Shown one piece after another: positions 57,402-64,000 of a stretch of DNA of 64,000 bases. This DNA comes from an uncultured Alphaproteobacteria bacterium. GTDB lineage: Bacteria > Pseudomonadota > Alphaproteobacteria > Rhizobiales > Methyloligellaceae. The stretch is from positions 17,609 through 81,608 of the forward strand of contig CAVUVO010000022.1 of the NCBI GenBank assembly GCA_963744945.1, given 5' to 3'. The notes under the pieces are model-generated. The model was given only the letters and a program-made list of their open reading frames with translations. It was not told where the DNA came from and ran no database searches. A program made the translations under genes and the position numbers. How positions within the stretch are numbered: the first letter of the stretch is position 1; every line of letters begins with the position of its first letter.

Positions 57402-59181
57402 TCATTGGCCGGGCTTCGCCTCCGGCCCGAGCACGTCCGACTTGTAGACGCCGTCCATCATCTTGGCGATGTCCTCATCGCGCATGTTCCACAAGCGGTA
57501 ATAGGTCTCGAAGCTCTCTGCCGTCCAATTTGGATCCTCCGCGAGCAGTTTGTGCCAGTTTTCGAGCGCTTCCTGCTTGCGGCCGAGCTGGCCATAGACG
57601 GGAATGTATTCAATATAGGCGTGAATCGCTTGTTGGTCCAAGTGCAGCCGACGAAACTCGAGCGCGTGTTCGTAGTCGCCCTGCAGGTAGTAATCATAGT
57701 ACATCGCCGCATGATACCATCCGGCCGCGGCATGGGGGTTGAGCGCGTTCGCCTTTTTCGCCAATCCTACCCCGCGCTGCCACTGTCCTGAGCTTGCAAT
57801 CAGGTGGCCGACAGTGGCCAGGATCTCGGCGTCATAAGGGGCAAGCGCTATCGCCTGCTCCGCTTCATGCTCGAACAGATCAAGCTGCTTGTTGAAAAAA
57901 TATGCGGCTGCGGCCACCATTCGCGCGCGTGCGTCGGCGGGGTCGAGTTGGACCGCCTTGGCCGCTTGCGCCGTGATTTCCTGCGGGGGCAGTGGCTTAT
58001 CATCGAAGCGGAAGACCCAGCCAAGTACGGCAAGCCAGGCGAGCTCGCGGCGCGCCCGCGCGTTCAACGGATCGAGCGCGATCGCTTGGCGTAACAGTTC
58101 TTTCGCGGCGCTGAAGGTTTCGTGGCTGAACTCCCAGCATCACGCCTTGGGCGCGCAGAACAAGGTCGTAAGCCCGAATTTCGTCGGGGCTCTTGCGGGT
58201 GGCCGACTTGGCCTCGTTAATGTCGATGACACCAAAATTGCCGGCTATCTTGGGGACGATCTGGCTGACGATCTCGTCTTGGACGAGGAAGATGTCGGCC
58301 ATCTTGCGATCGAAGCGATCGGCCCAAATCTGGGCGCCGGTCTGGGTGTCGATGAGCTGCGCCGTGACCCGGAGGCGGTCTTCGGAACGCCGGACACTGC
58401 CCTCCAATACGTAGCGTGCTCCGAGCTCGCGACCGAGCTTGGGGACATCTACGGCCTTGCCCTTGTATTGAAAGGTGGTGTTGCGCGCGAGTACGCGCAG
58501 GTCGCTCGACGCTCGCGACAGCGCGGTCATCAGGTCCTCGGTCAAACCATCGCTGAAATACTCCTGCTTCGGGTCATCGCTTAGATTGGCGAAAGGGAGG
58601 ACGGCGATCGCCGGGCCTTCGGGCATGCCGAGGACCGGATGCTCGGCCGCGCCTTCGGGTGCCGGCCCCCAAAGGTCGCGGGTGAGCCACGCGCCTACGG
58701 CGCCCAGCATCAGGATTAGCGCCAAGACCGGCACGGTTGTTTGCCAGCGCATGCGGCGCTTCGAAACACTCTTGACCTGCTGCTCGCCCTCCCGAAACTC
58801 AATTAGGGGTGCATACGTGCCCTTCGGTAGGTCGATGTGAATGGCATCGCTTTGGCCCTCGGTCCCGTAGTATTCGCGAAGCTTCTCACGCAGGCGGGCC
58901 GCCTCAATCCGCACGAGGGGGTCGATCGTGGGGTCAAACGTCTCGGGACGCTCGAAAACTTCCAAAGCGACGTTGTAGGCCTTCAGCCGCTCACCGCGCC
59001 CGGCAAGAGTTTCATTGACGAGGTACTCCAGGAACCGCTGCCGGCGCTGTGACTGGTGGAACGGGCCGCTGTTAAGGATGCGGACCAGTTGCTCACGAAT
59101 GGCCTTCTGGTCGGATTCGCTCCAGCAACTGAGCGAAATTGCCGTCACGTTCCAACTCCAAACGTGCCGAGAGAGCGCCAA
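57402..59181 (-). CDS. Membrane-anchored TolB-like/TPR protein with an N-terminal putative winged-helix domain; frameshift near 58135
   Basis: FLEYLVNETL..LKAYNVALEVF..DPLVRIEAARLREKLREYY; TM helix; IAVLPFANLS..YFSDGLTED; YVLEGSVRR; TPR repeats. Confidence 0.82.
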
Positions 59182-59201
59182 CCCCCAGCATCAGGGGTGT
59201 A

Positions 59202-59220
59202 GTTGCATACCGTTACATAC
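59202..59220. promoter_or_regulatory. Tandem direct repeat GTT(G/A)CATAC with 10-bp period in a divergent promoter
   Basis: GTTGCATAC-C-GTTACATAC. Confidence 0.4.
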
Positions 59221-59359
59221 TAGGACGAGCAGGCTCGGCCTGTCACGCTTCAGGAATGATCGCTGTTGTCATCGACGATCAGAAAGGAGCGCAGCCATGA
59301 AAACGTCATCGCCAGTCGACCGTAGTCAAGAATGGATGTCCTTGAAGGAGGGTACCGCT

Positions 59360-59860
59360 ATGAAATCGATGCTCGCTTCGATGGCTGTCGTACTTACGTT
59401 TTGCGCGGTTCCAGCAGCAGCTGCGGAGTTTCCGAAGACTGGCAGCGCGGAATACGACACCTACTATGTAGATAACACTGTGGCAAAAATCGATAGCGGA
59501 GCCGGCACGGGGGCAATCGTTGACAGCACTGGAATCACCCGCAATGTCAAAGGAGAAGGCCCGTTCCACGACATGTCTATGCGCTGCCTCTATCACCAAA
59601 GCTCAGTGGGAGAGACATTTCACTTCAACGGGAGCTGCGTTGAAACCGACAAAGATGGTGACAACGTATTCACGACCTTCGACGACAAAAACCACTACCT
59701 GATGGGCGGTACGGGGAAATATAAAGGTATCACGGGAACGGTTCCCTACACCGTGGTGGAACTTCACGAGACGGTCGGCGGCCGCGGGGCCTATATCGTC
59801 AACCACAAGGCCACTTGGGAGATCAAAAAGCAGACTGCTGACCAGTCTGCTGATAGGTGA
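59360..59860 (+). CDS. Secreted beta-rich hypothetical protein
   Basis: GGAGGG RBS; signal peptide; GSCVETDKDGD and GGTGKYKGITG. Confidence 0.75.
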   Translation: MKSMLASMAVVLTFCAVPAAAAEFPKTGSAEYDTYYVDNTVAKIDSGAGTGAIVDSTGITRNVKGEGPFHDMSMRCLYHQSSVGETFHFNGSCVETDKDGDNVFTTFDDKNHYLMGGTGKYKGITGTVPYTVVELHETVGGRGAYIVNHKATWEIKKQTADQSADR

Positions 59861-59866
59861 TGGTTG

Positions 59867-59940
59867 ATGTCCGCTATTGGCACTTAGCTGACATTGATGG
59901 CGGTTCTGAGTATGTCCGTCGTTGGGGATGAAGCGGACAT
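59867..59940. repeat. Double hairpin array (loop types 1-2) with a 17-nt spacer
   Basis: ATGTCCGCT-ATTGGCACTT-AGCTGACAT [17 nt] ATGTCCGTC-GTTGGGGATGA-AGCGGACAT. Confidence 0.82.
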
Positions 59941-59985
59941 CAGTGATCTGCTTCCGCTCAGTGGCAGAGGGCAGTCTCTGATACT

Positions 59986-60160
59986 TTAGAAATTGATGGT
60001 CGTCCGAACCCCCCAAACCGCCGCGTTCGCGACCGTCCCCTTGCCCGACGGCTCGGGGACGGCGCCGCCTGGTTGCCAGATGTATTGGAAGTCTGGCTGC
60101 AGCGTCCAGCCGGCCTTGAGCTGCGCGGTATAGCAAATCTCGACAAGCGCCTCATGGGTG
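59986..60160 (-). pseudogene. C-terminal fragment of an OprB-type carbohydrate porin
   Basis: EALVEICYTAQL..WTLQPDFQYIWQPGG...WGVRTTINF with a terminal Phe. Confidence 0.75.
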
Positions 60161-60229
60161 CGAGGGCTTGGCAGACCTGAACCCACATCCAAACCGCCTT
60201 TGGCTGGTGTCCCGAAATTGCCCATCGGC

Positions 60230-60425
60230 GGCTGGTGACCGGCGTCAATTGGTCGCCCGGCATCATCAACCCATTTCGCGAGCTTGGCACATACGGTCGA
60301 AGCCTCGACACACTACTCAGCCACCAACGTGCCAGTGCCGACGAGCCGGTTATTCTGGTGCTGCACATGGCTTGCCCACGGGTCGAAATACGGATCGCGG
60401 TAAATCAGCGGTGGTCGTCAGATGA
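60230..60425 (+). pseudogene. C-terminal fragment of the partner gene of the topoisomerase-like CDS (putative B-subunit-like)
   Basis: GVNWSPGIINPFR...VLHMACPRVE / TDRGKSAVVV; its stop overlaps the next ATG. Confidence 0.45.
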
Positions 60426-61641
60426 AAAGCGACAAGATCATCGCCGCTGTCGAGGGCGTCACCAAGAAATGGGCGAAGCAGCGCAAGCGGGAAGAGCGTG
60501 AGCGTTCGGCATACATAAATCGGCGCATCGCGATGACCCGACACTCTCACGTCAGCATCAAAGATGCGGCGCGGGATTGCATGCAGGAAGCCTAGTTGAA
60601 GGCAAGCGCCGGTGGCACGCTTCCGGCGCACGCCCGGCAGATCATGTATGCAGCACGGCCCCACATCATCGCGACCGCCGACAGGGAATTAGGCAAGGAC
60701 TTCGACCAATACTTCACGCAAACGATTCTGCCGGATTACATCGAACAGTATGGCTGCGACTGGAACGTGGTCTATGACGCAAGAGGCAATTTTGCCGAGC
60801 CTCATACTGATGAGCGTTTTGGCCTCGGCACGCTACAGGCGCGGGACTATCTTCGCGGGATCGAGGCGCATGAAATATCCGACCTCAGCTTTTCCATTTG
60901 GGAAAGTGCCTACCCAACGGCCGGACCCAAAAACAGATATGGCGCAATCCTCTTTATCGAGAAAGAGGGCTTCATGCCGCTGTTTCAGCAAGTGGAGCTT
61001 GCCGCGCGATATGACCTCGCCATCATGTCTACCAAGGGAATGAGCGTGACGGCAGCGCGTGAATTACTGGACCGTGTATGCAAGCAACATAGCATGCCGC
61101 TGCTTGTCTTGCATGACTTTGACAAGGCCGGTTTCAGCATCCTCGGAACGCTGCATCGGGACACCCGGCGATATAGGTTTAATACCTCATTCAAGGTGAT
61201 CGACCTCGGATTGCGGCTAAAGGATATCGACGGATTGGTGTCGGAAGAGGTCGCTATCGAAAGGGGTGCGGCTGAAAACCTACGCAAGAACGGCGCAACC
61301 GAGAAAGAAATGCGTGGCTACTACAGGGTCAGCGGGTCGAGCTTAACGCATTTGCCAGCGACGAATTGATCGCCTTCATTGAGCGAAAGCTGGCGCAGCA
61401 TGGAATCGCTAAGGTGATCCCTGATCAGGTCACGCTTGCGGACGCCTATCGCCGGATGCACCGGCAAGCCGCCGTTCAAGCTGCGGTCGATGAAGTGGTC
61501 GAGGATCTCGATGACGAAGAGGTGCCGGTCACAAAGGGGCTGCAAAACCGCATCAAGAAAATGCTAAAGGATGACCCAACGCTAAGTGGGACGCCGCCCT
61601 ACGCGCCATCGTCGAGGGGGAACAAGAGGGGGGAACAATAG
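60422..61641 (+). pseudogene. Type IIB topoisomerase A-subunit-like (Top6A/Topo VIII, TOPRIM) gene; in-frame TAG at 60593 and frameshifts near 61310 and 61590
   Basis: ARQIMYAAR (putative catalytic Tyr), LFIEKEGF, STKG, LHDFDKAG (DxD) and RVELNA. Confidence 0.7.
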
Positions 61642-61674
61642 GTGTTCGACCGGGGGCTTAGCTTTTGCCGCGCC

Positions 61675-61695
61675 GTGATCATTCCGTGATCAATT
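61675..61695 (+). repeat. Tandem 11-bp repeat, integrase-arm-like, copy 2
   Basis: GTGATCATTCC-GTGATCAATT, 50 bp upstream of tRNA-Ser. Confidence 0.65.
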
Positions 61696-61745
61696 CACCT
61701 TTTGTTGCCAAAGGCACCACCGGCAATGTATTGGAAATCCTCAGC

Positions 61746-61838
61746 GGAGACGTGGCCGAGAGGCTGAAGGCGGCGGTTTGCTAAACCGTTATACGGTCAA
61801 AAGCCGTATCGAGGGTTCGAATCCCTCCGTCTCCGCCA
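61746..61838 (+). tRNA. tRNA-Ser(GCT)
   Basis: GGAGACG...CGTCTCC-GCCA; GCT anticodon in GCGGT-TTGCTAA-ACCGT; long variable arm; GGTTCGAATCC. Confidence 0.96.
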
Positions 61839-61849
61839 GTATTGCGGGA

Positions 61850-61882
61850 AAGGGCCTCACGCCGTTGCGGCGAGAGGCCCTC
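61850..61882. terminator. Hairpin after tRNA-Ser, probable terminator
   Basis: AGGGCCTC-acgccgttgcggcga-GAGGCCCT. Confidence 0.5.
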
Positions 61883-61911
61883 TGAAAGTTCAGTCCAGCC
61901 GATATTCTCGT

Positions 61912-62869
61912 TCACGCGGCGCGGCGGCAGGCCTCGCTGATGCTTTCCACGTGGCGGTGGTCGGTGCCGCAACAGCCGCCGAGCACGTTGATATGAGGGA
62001 AGCGGCGCTTGAGCTCGGCATATTGGCCGCCGAGTTCGAGCGGATCGCCGATGTCGAGTTCGGGCGCGTTGTCGAGCTCGGCGTGACTGCATCGCGATGA
62101 GTTGGCGCGAATCCCGCGAATGCGCTTGGTCCACGCGGCGCCGGCATCGAGCACATGATCGAAATGCGTGGGGTGGGCGCAGTTGATCATGTAGTAGGCC
62201 GGGCGCGTTGCCGGTCGCCGCATCGACGCTTTCGATCGCGTCCGCGAGCGTCTCTCCGGAGGGCAGGCGGCCGTCGGTCTCGACCGTGAAGGAGATCGCG
62301 CAAGGGATGTTCGCGTCTTTGGCGGCAAGGGCGATGCCCTGCGCCTCGCTGGCGGTGGTCATGGTGAAGGCCGAGGCGAGATCGGCGCCGGCATCGCGCA
62401 GCACGCCGATCTGGAACGCGTGATAGTGCGCAGCTTCGTCCGCCGTCATCATCTCGCTCGCAACGTAGCCGTCGCCGCGCGGCCCGATGGCGCCGCTCAC
62501 CACCATGGGCGAGCCTTGCGTCTCGTAGCGGTCGCGAAGGTCGAGGAGAAATTCGATCGCCGCGCGGTTGTTGCTGGCGAGCGCTTGCCTGCCATAGCCG
62601 ACCTTCGCTCCCCAATCGGGGTTGGCGCGCCAGGTCGGGCTTTCCAGGATGAAGCCCGCGCGTGCCTCAATCGCCATCGGCACGTAGCGGTCGAAATAGT
62701 CGCCGAGCGCCTTCCGCCCGCGGTCGCTGTCGAGCAGAACGAAGGCCGCGAAGCAGGGCAGGTCCCAGCCTTCGTGGAAGATCAGCGTCGTCTCCAATCC
62801 GCCGTCGGTGAGGAACAGGCCGCCGTCGAGTTGCGGCAGCTGGTCTCTATACTTCGCTCGTGTCGTCAC
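61912..62869 (-). CDS. Homocysteine S-methyltransferase family protein; frameshift near 62200
   Basis: LTDGGLETTL, GPRGDGY, YMINCAHP and GGCCGTD. Confidence 0.9.
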
Positions 62870-63049
62870 GATTTGTCACTCCTTGGGTTATCTATCGCCG
62901 GCATGGACACCGTTGTCGCGAAAGATGAGGATGCCGCGCCCGGGAATCCAGAGGACTTGCGGTGCAGTGGCGGGAACTCCGGAATCTCGGCACTTTTTCA
63001 TGCTGGGAAAGGTCTCGAACCATACACGGCGCCGGCGGGGACGCTTTCA

Positions 63050-63068
63050 ACTGTACCCGTGGTACAGT
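63050..63068. promoter_or_regulatory. Palindromic operator, probably for the adjacent TetR
   Basis: ACTGTACC-cgt-GGTACAGT, 27 bp upstream of the TetR ATG in the divergent promoter. Confidence 0.7.
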
Positions 63069-63095
63069 CGATCTCCCGGCAGACGAGCGAGCAGA

Positions 63096-63728
63096 TGCAG
63101 GAGACACCGCGCAAGGGCAGCGATACGCAGGGAGCGCATTCTCGACGTGGCAGAAGCCGCCGTGCTCGAGAAGGGCTTCGCCGCAACCTCGATCGAAGAG
63201 GTGATCGCCGCGGTCGGCATCACCAAGAGCGGCTTCTTCTATCACTTCAAGGACAAGAACGAGCTCGCCAAGGCGCTGCTCGTCCGTTACGTCGAGCGCG
63301 AGGATGCCTTATTCGATGAGCTGTTCGCCCGCGCCGACGAGCTCAACGAGGATCCGCTGCACGGCTTTCTCGTCGGCCTCAAGATGATGTCAGAGCTGAT
63401 GGCCGATCTGCCGAACGGGCATCCGGGCTGTCTTGTCGCCTCCTTCTGCTATCAGGACCGGTTGTTCGACAAGGACGTGCGCGAGCTCAACGCCGCGGCG
63501 GTGCTCAACTGGCGCAAGCGGTTCCGCGGGCGCCTCGACAAAATCGCCGCGCGCTATCCGCCGAGGATCGAGGTCGACCTCGACGATCTTGCCGACATGC
63601 TCTCGGTCATTGCCGATGGCGGCATCATCATTTCCAGGACCATCAAGGACAAAGGGGCGCTTTCTCGGCAGATGCTGCTCTACCGCGATTTCATCAAGGC
63701 GGTGTTTCTCGGCGTTCCCGCGACCTGA
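63096..63728 (+). CDS. TetR/AcrR family regulator; frameshift near 63128
   Basis: MQETPRKGSDT / RERILDVAE..KGFAATSIEEV..GITKSGFFYHFKDK; GCLVASF. Confidence 0.9.
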   Translation, partial: CRRHRARAAIRRERILDVAEAAVLEKGFAATSIEEVIAAVGITKSGFFYHFKDKNELAKALLVRYVEREDALFDELFARADELNEDPLHGFLVGLKMMSELMADLPNGHPGCLVASFCYQDRLFDKDVRELNAAAVLNWRKRFRGRLDKIAARYPPRIEVDLDDLADMLSVIADGGIIISRTIKDKGALSRQMLLYRDFIKAVFLGVPAT

Positions 63729-63768
63729 GCCAGATCATGAAGCTCATCGCCCGCGCCGCCAGGGTGGG

Positions 63769-64000
63769 CTAGTGGAAGATGGCGGCGACGGCCTTCGCCA
63801 GATGCTCGCGGTAGACCGGCTTTGACAGGATCGGCGATCCTGGAACCACCTCTTTGATGCGCTCCACGGTCGCTGCGTCGGTATGCGCGGTCACGAACAC
63901 GACCGAAGCGTCACAAACGTCGCGAAGCCATCTCGCGGTCTCGATCCCTTCGCGGGCGCCGCCGAGATAGACGTCGACCAGGACGACGTCAGGCTGGTGG
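63769..64000 (-). CDS. Single receiver-domain response regulator, 5'-truncated by the window edge
   Basis: Manual translation: HQPDVVLVDVYLGG..GIETAR..VVFVTAH..LSKPV..AAIFH*. Confidence 0.85.
   Translation of the reverse strand, partial: HQPDVVLVDVYLGGAREGIETARWLRDVCDASVVFVTAHTDAATVERIKEVVPGSPILSKPVYREHLAKAVAAIFH

Larger units (their letters stand above)
50690..61740. mobile_element. Degenerate genomic island on the 5' side of tRNA-Ser; left boundary approximate
   Basis: Visibly higher A/T, short orphan ORFs, gene fragments, topoisomerase-like pseudogene, internal repeat families and tRNA adjacency; no integrase seen. Confidence 0.7.

Noticed and set aside
54658-59940. Classical integron attC cassettes
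   Set aside because: Units are ~28 nt, lack RYYYAAC/GTTRRRY ends, cargo genes lie on both strands, and no intI is present.
60593-60595. Amber read-through (pyrrolysine or recoding) in the topoisomerase-like gene
   Set aside because: The gene has further frameshifts and a truncated partner, and TAG is a normal stop elsewhere in the window.

Overview
A GC-rich alphaproteobacterial chromosome segment. Gene content and order (divK-pleD, eipB, phasin-clpS-clpA, ruvX/pyrB-pyrC-plsY-dprA, topA-rnr-rpmG, gatCAB) point to Hyphomicrobiales/Rhizobiales; the taxon is inferred. Positions 1-50.5 kb are mostly housekeeping genes, plus tRNA-Leu(GAG), a bufferin-type MNIO/DUF692 RiPP cluster (8.9-10.8 kb) and two families of REP-like palindromes. 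More than a dozen genes, including topA and lipB, carry single-base frameshifts, which is best explained by uncorrected assembly indels. Positions ~50.7-61.7 kb form a visibly more A/T-rich accessory island on the 5' side of tRNA-Ser(GCT). It holds small orphan genes, gene fragments, a decayed type IIB topoisomerase-like (Topo VIII/Top6A-like) locus and duplicated integrase-arm-like repeats. Its most notable feature is a family of 28-29 nt hairpins (ATGTCCGCT-loop-AGCGGACAT). These occur in a fixed loop order with exact 17-nt spacers and bracket one- or two-gene cargo blocks, which suggests an integron-like cassette system. No cognate recombinase lies in the window. All calls come from reading the sequence and ORF track; no database search was run.
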